Source: an uncultured Pelagibacteraceae bacterium (GTDB lineage Bacteria; Pseudomonadota; Alphaproteobacteria; Pelagibacterales; Pelagibacteraceae). From it: a stretch of DNA of 64,000 nucleotides. Where the stretch lies: the NCBI GenBank assembly GCA_902622545.1, contig CACNQD010000004.1, positions 116,465-180,464 of the forward strand, given 5' to 3'. The position numbers and the translations under genes are program-made. The notes beneath the pieces are model-generated. The model had not been told where the DNA came from. It saw nothing but the letters and a program-made list of their open reading frames with translations, and ran no database searches. Each line of letters starts with the position of its first letter. The first letter of the stretch is position 1. This document shows, in pieces, positions 17,771-26,320 of the stretch.

Positions 17771-18385
17771 TTAATAATTTTGTGTAAATCCAATAAAAAT
17801 AGCAATTAAAATCAATACACACGCCGAAATTGAGCTTATTATTCTTGGATTTGCATTTATCCAATGTAAAAGTTTTTTAGCTAATATTGCGTAACCAATA
17901 AGTGAGATAAAATCTAAAATCATATAAGTGATAATAAGAATTATAAATTGAGAAACATAATTTTCATTAAAGTTTATAAACTGCGGAAAAATTAATGGAA
18001 AAAATATCCATGCTTTAGGACTAGTACCTGCTACAATAAATCCATCCTTAAAAAACGATATTAAAGTCTTTGATTTAATTGAAGTGTTAGTAAAGTTTTT
18101 TGGGCTTGATTTATAAATATCATAAGAAAGATAGAATAAATAAACTACACCAAACCACTTTAAAATATTTAAAGTTTCAGCATTATCAGCAATAAAAGAA
18201 TCTATAAAAAAAATTACAAGAGTAGCTTGTATTAAATTTGCAGTAACATCACCTAAGGCAATCCAAATGCATTTTTTAGTACCATAATTCATTGCATAAG
18301 AAATAATAACAATTCTTGGGGTCCCAGGTGTTATAAATAAAAAAAAAATAATTTGTAAAAATAAAAAATAATCTAAGGGAAGCAT
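17771..18385 (-). CDS. LysE/RhtB family translocator
   Basis: FITPG, ALGD, YLFYL, SPKAWIFF; hydrophobic profile. Confidence 0.88.
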   Translation of the reverse strand: MLPLDYFLFLQIIFFLFITPGTPRIVIISYAMNYGTKKCIWIALGDVTANLIQATLVIFFIDSFIADNAETLNILKWFGVVYLFYLSYDIYKSSPKNFTNTSIKSKTLISFFKDGFIVAGTSPKAWIFFPLIFPQFINFNENYVSQFIILIITYMILDFISLIGYAILAKKLLHWINANPRIISSISACVLILIAIFIGFTQNY

Positions 18386-18439
18386 TAAAGGGATAGTCCT
18401 AACAACCGGGAGCTAAAGATGGCTAGATAGGACTATCTA
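18386..18439 (-). ncRNA. Candidate cis-regulatory leader RNA upstream of the RhtB-family gene
   Basis: 10-bp perfect stem GAUAGUCCUA/UAGGACUAUC with inner UAGCC/GGUUG stem; competing UAGAUA/UAUCUA hairpin. Confidence 0.65.
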
Positions 18440-18444
18440 AATAC

Positions 18445-18453
18445 AATATACCA
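18445..18453 (-). promoter_or_regulatory. Extended -10 (TGgTATATT) for rhtB-proC
   Basis: Would place the start site near 18438-18439, at the 5' edge of the leader hairpin. Confidence 0.5.
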
Positions 18454-18503
18454 CAGGTAGTAAAAATTGCATTAAGCAATTTTTTCATATTTATTAATAA
18501 TTT

Positions 18504-18797
18504 ATGAAAAAAAGTCGCAGACCGATGACAAAGGTTAAAAATCCAGAGCCCAAAGTGGGCACTCAAGATTGGGTCATATGGGCAGCATGGGCAGACCGTA
18601 TTACGTTTGAGGATATAAAATTAAAAACGGGATTGTCTGAAGGAAATGTAATTAAAATAATGAGAAAATCTTTAAGACCATCTTCTTTTAAACTTTGGAG
18701 AAAAAGAGCAAAAGGACAAAGTATAAAACATAGGAAAAAATTTGAGGAGTCCAGAAAAGAAATAAGAAGAAAAATTAATAAAAATGATTATATATAG
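18504..18797 (+). CDS. TIGR03643-like protein
   Basis: WAAWADRITFEDI...GLSEG.VIKIMR.SL.PSSFKLWRKR. Confidence 0.8.
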   Translation: MKKSRRPMTKVKNPEPKVGTQDWVIWAAWADRITFEDIKLKTGLSEGNVIKIMRKSLRPSSFKLWRKRAKGQSIKHRKKFEESRKEIRRKINKNDYI

Positions 18798-18800
18798 AAT

Positions 18801-19055
18801 ATGAAAAAAATTACAATTTATACGGGACCTGTTTGTAATTATTGTGATGCGACAAAAAGATTACTCATAAGAAATAATTTACAATTTGAAGAAATTGATA
18901 TTTCATCTGGACCTGAAGTCTTAAATGAAATGATTAATAAATCAAATGGCAAAAAAACTATACCGCAAATTTTTTTTGACAATTTACATATAGGTGGATA
19001 TGTTGAAATTAGGGAATTAGAGAAGAACGATAAGTTGCTTGAGTCTTTGAAGTAA
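18801..19055 (+). CDS. grxC: Glutaredoxin 3
   Basis: CNYC active site; TIPQIF; HIGG. Confidence 0.88.
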   Translation: MKKITIYTGPVCNYCDATKRLLIRNNLQFEEIDISSGPEVLNEMINKSNGKKTIPQIFFDNLHIGGYVEIRELEKNDKLLESLK

Positions 19056-19064
19056 AATTAAATT

Positions 19065-19400
19065 ATGTTTATAAAAAAAATATTTAATGATTCTATAAAA
19101 ATACTTCTAACTTTGAGAAACTATTTTATAATTTTTGCTTTACTATTTTTAACAAATTGCGGTCAATATACTGCAATGATTGGGCCAAGTTATACACTAC
19201 TTGAATCAGGAAGTGTTTTACAAGCCACAAGTTCTTATGGTAGATCTTACTTACTTTCAAGTGCAAAACAGAGTTACACAGATGAGATTGATCCACAAAG
19301 AATTTGTCGAGAAGTACATAGTTCAGAATTACGATCTATATTTTTTGAGACACAAGACAAAAAAGGTTGTGTTTATGATCCGATGAGCGTCTATAGATAA
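19065..19400 (+). CDS. Hypothetical lipoprotein
   Basis: Hydrophobic stretch ending in lipobox-like FLTNC. Confidence 0.55.
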   Translation: MFIKKIFNDSIKILLTLRNYFIIFALLFLTNCGQYTAMIGPSYTLLESGSVLQATSSYGRSYLLSSAKQSYTDEIDPQRICREVHSSELRSIFFETQDKKGCVYDPMSVYR

Positions 19401-19409
19401 TTACAATTT

Positions 19410-19751
19410 TTAAAAGAAAATATAATAAATAATCCAAAATATAAGCGTATACTCAAAACAACTTTTAAAAAGTATCAATTGCTTTTCACTAAATTTTTGT
19501 ATCAAAAATTTTTTAAAAAGAAAAAAAATTAAATTAACTAATAAAATTCCAATAACTAAACCAATAATCGTAAGTTTGATTGAAAAGTTTTTATATCCAA
19601 AATAAATAGCTGCAATTAATGTAAACCAAGATACTTTTGTTATAAATATTTTAAAAATAAGCCCAGCTTTTTTACTAAATACAGATTGTGTTTTTATTAA
19701 TGAATAAGACCAGATAATTCCTATTAAAAAACTTGTAAACTTTAAAATCAT
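19410..19751 (-). CDS. Small hypothetical membrane protein (starts MILKFTSF)
   Basis: 113 aa, about 4 hydrophobic segments; 4-nt overlap with the upstream amt fusion. Confidence 0.7.
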   Translation of the reverse strand: MILKFTSFLIGIIWSYSLIKTQSVFSKKAGLIFKIFITKVSWFTLIAAIYFGYKNFSIKLTIIGLVIGILLVNLIFFLFKKFLIQKFSEKQLILFKSCFEYTLIFWIIYYIFF

Positions 19752-21985
19752 TTTCCAATCCCAATTATAGTTAAATCGTCATCAAGTATATCATTATTAT
19801 CTTTGATGCCTTTCTCTAAATAATCCTTTTTAAGACTTTTTTGTTTTATTTCTTCAGTAGCGTTGTCTAATTCCTTTTTTAAAACTTGGTTTTCATGTTT
19901 AAGGATTAATTTTTTAACTCCATTAATACCTAATTCTTCATTATTTTCATCTAAACATTCTGAAAAACCGTCTGTGAAACAATAAATTCTACCATTATCT
20001 AATTTAAAGCTCTCTAATTTATAAACATTTGCGTTAGTTTGTTTAACAATAGCTAGTGGTGTTGTTTCAGATGGAAATTCTCTAAAATCCTGTTCTTTTC
20101 TGTATAATGCTGGTTGATGTCCCGCATTTGCTATTTCTACAATATCTGTTTTTAAATTATAACACCCCACAATTGAAGTCACAAAAGTCCCAGTTGGATT
20201 TGTTTCTTTTAAGTCGTTATTCATTTCTAGCAGAATTTCGTTTGGTTTAAATTTTAGCTTTGAAAATATTTTAAATAACGTAATTGATTTAGCCATTACC
20301 ATCCCAGCATTCACGCCTTTTCCAGATACATCAGATAGAGTAAAATAAACCTGGTCATCGTGAAGATAAAAATCATAAAAATCTCCAGAAATTTCCCTAG
20401 CAGGAATATTTAATCCATAGATAGGATAATTTGTGAGATCCCTATTTGGCATAAGTTTTTTTTGAACATTCATTGCTAATTTAATTTCTGAAGATACTCT
20501 TTTCTTCCATTTGTTTTTTTGTTTTTCGCTTTGTTCTAATCGATCCATTAAAATGTTATATTGTGTTCCAATTATTCCACTATCTGTAAAAGGGTCTTGT
20601 GGTGCTCTTAGTGAATAATCTTCAGTTTTAGCTTGATTAGTTAATACCTCTAATAATTCATGAGTATCTGTTGATGCATTATGTTCAGAAATATTTAATC
20701 CTAATTCTTCTTGAATTTTTCCAACTCTTAAAGGGAAAATATAATTTATAGATTTAAATATTACGAATGCGGATATAAAACAAAAACCTCCTATACTAGT
20801 TACTCCTATTAATTGAATATATAATTGTTCCATTCTTGAAATTTCTAAACCCATCATTTCAAAATCACCAAATATAGCTACAGACAAAGATCCCCAAACT
20901 CCAGCAATAAGATGAACTGGTATTGCACTCACAACATCGTCAATTTTTAATTTTTCTAATAAGACTATACCAAAGCCTGAAAGCAGTCCTCCAATGCTTC
21001 CAATAAAAATAGCTTCACTTGGATTTACATAAGCACAACTTGCTGTGATTGAGACTAATCCAGCCAAAGGTCCGGTAATCATAAATAATGGCTCAGGTTT
21101 TTTCATGACAAAAATTCCTAGTATGCTTGAAAAGATTAAACCAAAAGAAGCAGACAAAAATGTATTAATTAAAATTAAAGGAATTTTTAAATCCATTGCC
21201 CCATTAGCTCCACCATTAAATCCGAACCAGCCAAACCACAAAATCAATGCCCCAAGTGCTGCTATAGGTGTATTGCTGCCTTGAAATAATTTTTTATCTT
21301 GATCTTTCCTAAATCTACCTGTTCTGCTCCCAATAATTAATAGAATTGCAAGAGCAACCCATCCTCCTACAGAGTGAACCACAGATGAGCCTGCAAAATC
21401 CAAATATCCCATCTTGCCTAGCCATCCAAATTTTTCAGATGGTTCGTCAAAATTAAATGCCCAAGCCCAGTGACCTACAATTGGATACAAAAATCCTGAC
21501 GTGACAAATGTAATAATTACATAAGAAAAAAATCTTAGCCTTTCTGCAACAGCTCCAGAAATAATTGTTGCTGCAGTTGCTACGAACATCGCTTGAAAGA
21601 CAAAATATGTTTGATAACCAGCTACTTTTGTTGTGAAAAAATAAAACTTATCACCAAACAAACCCATAACACTTGTTCCATACATAAGTGCAAATCCAAA
21701 TGCCCAAAATGTTACAACAGCTATTCCAAAATCAGTAATATTTTTTAATGCAACATTAATACTATTTTTATTTCTTGATAGGCCGGACTCAAGGCACATA
21801 AAACCAGCTTGCATCAAGAAAACTAGAATTGCACAAATCAATAACCAAAAAGTATCTAGATTTGCTTGAAGAATTGCTTCAAGTCGAAATTCCGTAGCTT
21901 TAAGTGCACCTTTATTTGTGAGTTCTAACTGGCTTATTTTTGACTGTAGCTTATCTATTAAAATCTGAAGATCAGCTACAGTCAT
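19748..21985 (-). CDS. Ammonium transporter fused to a HAMP-like linker and a SpoIIE/PP2C phosphatase
   Basis: Amt motifs MQAGF..LESG, DFAGSSVVH, LWFGWFGFNGG, DDVVSAIPVH; PP2C motifs SGDFYD, DVSGKG, TDGFSE, DDLTI. Confidence 0.9.
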   Translation of the reverse strand: MTVADLQILIDKLQSKISQLELTNKGALKATEFRLEAILQANLDTFWLLICAILVFLMQAGFMCLESGLSRNKNSINVALKNITDFGIAVVTFWAFGFALMYGTSVMGLFGDKFYFFTTKVAGYQTYFVFQAMFVATAATIISGAVAERLRFFSYVIITFVTSGFLYPIVGHWAWAFNFDEPSEKFGWLGKMGYLDFAGSSVVHSVGGWVALAILLIIGSRTGRFRKDQDKKLFQGSNTPIAALGALILWFGWFGFNGGANGAMDLKIPLILINTFLSASFGLIFSSILGIFVMKKPEPLFMITGPLAGLVSITASCAYVNPSEAIFIGSIGGLLSGFGIVLLEKLKIDDVVSAIPVHLIAGVWGSLSVAIFGDFEMMGLEISRMEQLYIQLIGVTSIGGFCFISAFVIFKSINYIFPLRVGKIQEELGLNISEHNASTDTHELLEVLTNQAKTEDYSLRAPQDPFTDSGIIGTQYNILMDRLEQSEKQKNKWKKRVSSEIKLAMNVQKKLMPNRDLTNYPIYGLNIPAREISGDFYDFYLHDDQVYFTLSDVSGKGVNAGMVMAKSITLFKIFSKLKFKPNEILLEMNNDLKETNPTGTFVTSIVGCYNLKTDIVEIANAGHQPALYRKEQDFREFPSETTPLAIVKQTNANVYKLESFKLDNGRIYCFTDGFSECLDENNEELGINGVKKLILKHENQVLKKELDNATEEIKQKSLKKDYLEKGIKDNNDILDDDLTIIGIGK

Positions 21986-21991
21986 AAAATT

Positions 21992-22324
21992 TTATTGATC
22001 TATTAATTTTCTTGCTTTTTCTGCATCTGTTATAATTTCATCAACTGACATTACTTTAACAACTTCAAATCCAGTTCCAAGAATTGTGTTTTTGTATTCT
22101 TCTTCTGATATAGGTGATTTTTCAGCAAAACTAGAAACGGCAACTCCCTCCGGCCAAGATACTTTTACCTTTGCATTAGGCATTGCTTCTTGGAGAGCCT
22201 TGGTAACCATTTTCTGACATTTAACACACATCATTCCATTTACTTGAGCAATTTGAGTTTGTGCAGCAAATAAATTTGTGGTCATGAAAAAAAATATAAC
22301 AAATAAGATTGTTTTTTTAATCAT
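21992..22324 (-). CDS. Exported heavy-metal-associated (HMA) domain protein
   Basis: Signal peptide; VNGMMCVKC metal-binding motif. Confidence 0.8.
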   Translation of the reverse strand: MIKKTILFVIFFFMTTNLFAAQTQIAQVNGMMCVKCQKMVTKALQEAMPNAKVKVSWPEGVAVSSFAEKSPISEEEYKNTILGTGFEVVKVMSVDEIITDAEKARKLIDQ

Positions 22325-22369
22325 AAAACTCCTTTGTAGAAATAGTGTAATTTATTTATTATTAATTTA

Positions 22370-22531
22370 CTAATTAAATTTTGGTTTAAATACCAAACAG
22401 AGTCTATTATTACAGTATCTAATTCCGGTTGGTTTTGGACTATCTTCAAATATATGCTCATGATGACCACCACAATTTTTAAAATGGTACTCAGTTCTAG
22501 CATATTTAAAGCTAGCAAACTTAAGGATCAT
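22370..22531 (-). pseudogene. Chimeric 53-codon remnant: 8 codons resembling the start of 19410..19751 fused to a decayed msrB 3' half
   Basis: Manual translation: MILKFASFKYARTEYHFKNCGGHHEHIFEDSPKPTGIRYCNNRLCLVFKPKFN*. Confidence 0.85.
22372..22504. repeat. Diverged direct repeat, copy 1 (copy 2 = 24162..24295, msrB 3' end)
   Basis: Hand alignment: 23 mismatches and 1 gap over 134 columns (~82% identity). Confidence 0.92.
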
Positions 22532-22547
22532 TTATTAGAAAATTTAG

Positions 22548-23240
22548 TTATTCTAGCGCTATTGATACCGAGGGCTCGTTTATCCACATTGCACAAGCAG
22601 TATCCTCTACACCAATTGCAGTTGTTGTGCCAAACTTTATTCTAATAACTGGTGCTCTCAAAGTTTTTTTATAAGAAGCAGTTAATGCATAGATCATTAC
22701 TGCATCATCTCCTGATACTGTCATTGATACCGCTGATGATGGAGAACTGTAATCATAATCAAGGTCAGAACTTCCTACATCACCATCTCTAGCGCCATCG
22801 CCTGCTCCATAACTCCCAGCATTAACTAAGTACATTGCTTCTGAAACAGCTGTTCCACCATTAGTTCCTAATGTTAGCTGTGTTGCGCCTGCATTATCAC
22901 CTCCATCAGTTCTACAAGTTTTAGCTCCAACTGATATGCTTGCAATAACGTTGAATGTTCTATCAAGAGTTACTCTTAAATGTGTATAGGTAATACCAGC
23001 AGGTATTCCAGTTGTTGGTGCATAAGAACTAACATCTGCACCTGCGGAAGCTGATGCGATATCAGCCGCCATAGATTTTGTTCCTAAAACATAAGGTGTT
23101 CCGCTACATGTTGCATTTTCACATAATTCAACTTTTTTCATCGTAACTTCATATTTTGTTGGTTGACCAGTTGCCTCTGCAGCAAAACTGTTTGAAAAAA
23201 ATAATAAAGACAATAAAACCAAAAAAATTATTTTTTTCAT
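22548..23240 (-). CDS. Secreted Gly/Ala/Thr/Ser-rich hypothetical protein with 4 Cys
   Basis: Signal peptide MKKIIFLVLLSLLFFSNSFA; ATG directly abuts the stop of the upstream barrel gene. Confidence 0.8.
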   Translation of the reverse strand: MKKIIFLVLLSLLFFSNSFAAEATGQPTKYEVTMKKVELCENATCSGTPYVLGTKSMAADIASASAGADVSSYAPTTGIPAGITYTHLRVTLDRTFNVIASISVGAKTCRTDGGDNAGATQLTLGTNGGTAVSEAMYLVNAGSYGAGDGARDGDVGSSDLDYDYSSPSSAVSMTVSGDDAVMIYALTASYKKTLRAPVIRIKFGTTTAIGVEDTACAMWINEPSVSIALE

Positions 23241-24128
23241 TTATGAATTTCCATTAGTTATGACTACTCCTGTGCTCTCAACCTCAAGCGTAATTATGTT
23301 ACTTCTTTTTACTTTAGTTAGCATTTTTTCTCTAACATCTGAATTTACAAATGCAGTGCTCGAAAAACCATCAGAGATAATTGGTCTGTCTTTCCCGCCA
23401 AGTTTATAAGTAAGTTTTATAAAGTCCATGCTGTCACTAATATCGTTATCATCATAACCGGCTTTTAATGTTAAATCGTTTGAGAGATTTATTGTTGTTG
23501 AATAAATTTCACCATTTGAGTCTTTCGAACCCTTTATTGCTTCCCAACCATAAGAGTTATATGAAATATTCGCCCATGGCGCATATGGAACCTGTCCCTC
23601 AAATTCTATATTATATCCGTCCAAAACTCTCTCAGTATCTGATCCAACCTCTTGTGATCCACCCATTGCGTCTAAATAATAATTTCCAGTAAAATTAAAA
23701 TTTGCTGCTTTTAATTCTGATCCTAAACTTACTCTACTATTCATCTCTTTATCTAAATCTAAAAAACTATTTAATCCCCAAAAATAACTTTCATCCTCTG
23801 ATAAAAATCTTTTTCCTATACCATAGTTTAAGGATTGACGTGCTTCACCCAAAACATGATAACTATTAAATTGTGCTTGGTAAAAGACTAAATCCTTCTC
23901 ATTAATAGAATATGGTCTTACGATCATTATAGTACCTGTTGGCTTATTTTCATTTTTGGTTGATAATGACACCTCGGTTTCTCCAGGCCCTTCAAGAAAG
24001 TTTTTTATATATGTTTCTGCTTTTTCTGAGCCTTTACCATAAACTTTATTTATTACATTATTTAAAGTATCTGCGTGTATCTCAGTAGCAAAAAACAAGG
24101 TTATAAAAATTGTTAGAATTTTTTTCAC
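23241..24128 (-). CDS. Inverse autotransporter (intimin/invasin-type) beta-domain protein without passenger
   Basis: GTG start, signal peptide; NYGIGKRF, WGLNSFLD, NYYL, ERVLDGYNIE, and C-terminal REKMLTKVKRSNIITLE resembling the intimin linker. Confidence 0.75.
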   Translation of the reverse strand: MKKILTIFITLFFATEIHADTLNNVINKVYGKGSEKAETYIKNFLEGPGETEVSLSTKNENKPTGTIMIVRPYSINEKDLVFYQAQFNSYHVLGEARQSLNYGIGKRFLSEDESYFWGLNSFLDLDKEMNSRVSLGSELKAANFNFTGNYYLDAMGGSQEVGSDTERVLDGYNIEFEGQVPYAPWANISYNSYGWEAIKGSKDSNGEIYSTTINLSNDLTLKAGYDDNDISDSMDFIKLTYKLGGKDRPIISDGFSSTAFVNSDVREKMLTKVKRSNIITLEVESTGVVITNGNS

Positions 24129-24161
24129 TATTATTTAATAATTAAATTTTAAGAATTATAC

Positions 24162-24295
24162 AATTAAATTTTAGGTTTAAATACCAAACAAATACCATTA
24201 TTACAGTATCTTTTGCCAGTAGGTTTAGGCCCATCCTCAAATATGTGACCATGATGACCGCCACAACTTTTACAATGATATTCGGTTCTTGCATA
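24162..24295. repeat. Diverged direct repeat, copy 2 (intact msrB 3' end)
   Basis: See 22372..22504. Confidence 0.92.
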
Positions 24296-24547
24296 ACCAA
24301 TATGATGATCCGTTTTTGTTTCGAACACATCTGGCAAAGATTCAAAAAATGATGGCCAACCAGATCCACTCTCGTATTTTTTTTTTGATTCAAAAAGTTT
24401 TACATCACAATTTACACAGTGATAACTTCCTTCTCTTTTTTCAAAATTTAATTCACTAGATCCAGGTCTTTCTGTTCCCTCTTCAAATAAAATTAATTTT
24501 TGCTCAGATGTTAAATTAGGATTTTTTTTCATATTACTGATGCACAA
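24164..24547 (-). CDS. msrB: Peptide methionine (R)-sulfoxide reductase (true start possibly the second Met, MKKNPN)
   Basis: GTERP, CVNC, SGSGWPSF, CKSCGGHHGHIFEDGP, RYCNN. Confidence 0.95.
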   Translation of the reverse strand: MCISNMKKNPNLTSEQKLILFEEGTERPGSSELNFEKREGSYHCVNCDVKLFESKKKYESGSGWPSFFESLPDVFETKTDHHIGYARTEYHCKSCGGHHGHIFEDGPKPTGKRYCNNGICLVFKPKI

Positions 24548-25422
24548 GTTTTGTGTAATATAGCATGAAGTCGGACCAATGTTTCAAAATCTTTATTGTA
24601 ACCACCTCCCAAAACTCCGCAAATAGGAATTTTTTTTTCAAAAAAGTTGTTAATTATTATTTCATCTCTTTGTTTTATTCCTTTTTCTGAAACTTTCAAT
24701 TTGCCCAATCTGTCATTTAAATGAATGTCGACTCCAGCTACATAAAATACAAAATCATACTTTTCTTTGTTTAATAGTAAAATATTTTTCTTAAGTTTAT
24801 TAAGATATTCATCATCTTCAGTGTTATCATCTAGGCCCACATCTAAATCACCATTTGTTTTTTTTGCAGGATAATTAGATTTACAGTGCATACTAAAGGT
24901 GAAAACAGATTTATCGTTTTTGAAAATATCTGAAGTTCCATTTCCTTGATGAACATCAAGGTCAACTATTAAAACATTTTTTGCATAGCCTCTTGATTGT
25001 AAATATCTAGTTGCAACCGCCACATCATTAAAAACGCAATAACCAGCACCTTCGTTATAACTTGCATGATGACTTCCTCCAGCAGTATTACATGCAATAC
25101 GATGATCAACAGCAAGTTTGCTTGCCAAGACAGTTCCACCAGTTGCTCTAAAAGATCTATTCACAACACTATCATTGATTGGAAAACCGATTTTCTTTTG
25201 AGATTTAGTGTCTAAAGTTTTTTTTTTGACACTATTTATATAATCTAAAGAATGTGCTCTGCTTAAAGTATTCTCTGAACAAAACTCAGGTTTGTAAAAT
25301 TTATCTACTACCTTTTGGTTTATTAAATAGTTTGCAAGCTCTCCAAACTTTCTTATTGGGAACTTATTATCATCATTTATTTTTGCAACGTAATCCTGGT
25401 GGTTGACTACTGGTAGTTTCAT
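24529..25422 (-). CDS. Zn-dependent histone deacetylase / AcuC-family amidohydrolase
   Basis: GGSHHA, GYCVFND, DLDVHQGNGT, GGGY. Confidence 0.9.
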   Translation of the reverse strand: MKLPVVNHQDYVAKINDDNKFPIRKFGELANYLINQKVVDKFYKPEFCSENTLSRAHSLDYINSVKKKTLDTKSQKKIGFPINDSVVNRSFRATGGTVLASKLAVDHRIACNTAGGSHHASYNEGAGYCVFNDVAVATRYLQSRGYAKNVLIVDLDVHQGNGTSDIFKNDKSVFTFSMHCKSNYPAKKTNGDLDVGLDDNTEDDEYLNKLKKNILLLNKEKYDFVFYVAGVDIHLNDRLGKLKVSEKGIKQRDEIIINNFFEKKIPICGVLGGGYNKDFETLVRLHAILHKTCASVI

Positions 25423-26312
25423 TTGACAGTTTTTTTATTAGACAAATAAATTCCTGAAAGAATAAATGAAGCTCCTATGAAATGGTATAATTCAAATTTT
25501 TCTTTAAATATTAAAATTGCTAGCACTGCACTTAATAGCGGCATTAATTGGATAAACATTGTGGCACGATTTGGCCCCACTATCTCTACGCCCTTCTGCC
25601 AACAGTAATAAGCAGCTAAAGCGGGGAACATTACAACATAAAAAAGAATTATAAAAAATGCTGTATTAAAATTTGTTTCTAGACCAATTGACTTTTCGTA
25701 AAAAAATTGTGGTATTAAGAATAAAATTCCAACCGAAACCATCAATTGAATTAACGTAAATTGTGAAAACTTAAAACTATGCTTTTTAAGTAATGTTGAA
25801 TAAAGAGACCAACAAATAACACAAACCAACATCCAAAGATCACCTTTATTAAAATTTAAAGCTAAAATTTTATTTATATCTGCGTTAGAAATAATTGCGC
25901 TAATTCCTATAACAGACAGTAATAATCCAATTAATTGAAATACATTTGTTTTATCTACTTTCATAAATGATGAGATAATTATTGTTACCGCTGGAATAGC
26001 TGCTAAAACTAAAGCTACATTTATTACTTGTGTGTAGTTCAATGCAAAATATACCACTGAGTTAAATGTGCTAATTGTCATTAATCCCATAAAACTTATC
26101 ACAATTAAATTTTTTTGAATATAATTCCAATTGTTGAAAATTTCTTTGTATGTAAATGGTATTAAAATCAACCAGACTGAAATCCATCTAAAAAAATTTA
26201 GAGTTAATGGAGGTACTTCGTGTAGATAGGCGAATTTTCCTACTATAAAATTACCTGACCAGCAAAATGTAGCAAATACAAGCAAGGCATAAGCTAAATA
26301 ATTTTTTGACAA
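25419..26312 (-). CDS. DMT/EamA family transporter
   Basis: TTG start; WSGNFIVGK; two EamA repeats; GPNRAT. Confidence 0.88.
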   Translation of the reverse strand: MSKNYLAYALLVFATFCWSGNFIVGKFAYLHEVPPLTLNFFRWISVWLILIPFTYKEIFNNWNYIQKNLIVISFMGLMTISTFNSVVYFALNYTQVINVALVLAAIPAVTIIISSFMKVDKTNVFQLIGLLLSVIGISAIISNADINKILALNFNKGDLWMLVCVICWSLYSTLLKKHSFKFSQFTLIQLMVSVGILFLIPQFFYEKSIGLETNFNTAFFIILFYVVMFPALAAYYCWQKGVEIVGPNRATMFIQLMPLLSAVLAILIFKEKFELYHFIGASFILSGIYLSNKKTVK

Positions 26313-26320
26313 ATTAATCC

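Noticed and set aside
19180-19386. 68-aa alternative-frame ORF
   Set aside because: Nested in the lipoprotein ORF; no independent support.
22321-22518. 65-aa ORF MLALNMLEL...
   Set aside because: Off-frame reading of the msrB duplicate; it mirrors the off-frame ORF 24142..24393. The meaningful frame is 22370..22531.
22372-24295. attL/attR of a prophage or integrative element
   Set aside because: Repeats are only ~82% identical with mostly synonymous differences, and no integrase or phage gene lies between them; reported as a recombination scar instead.
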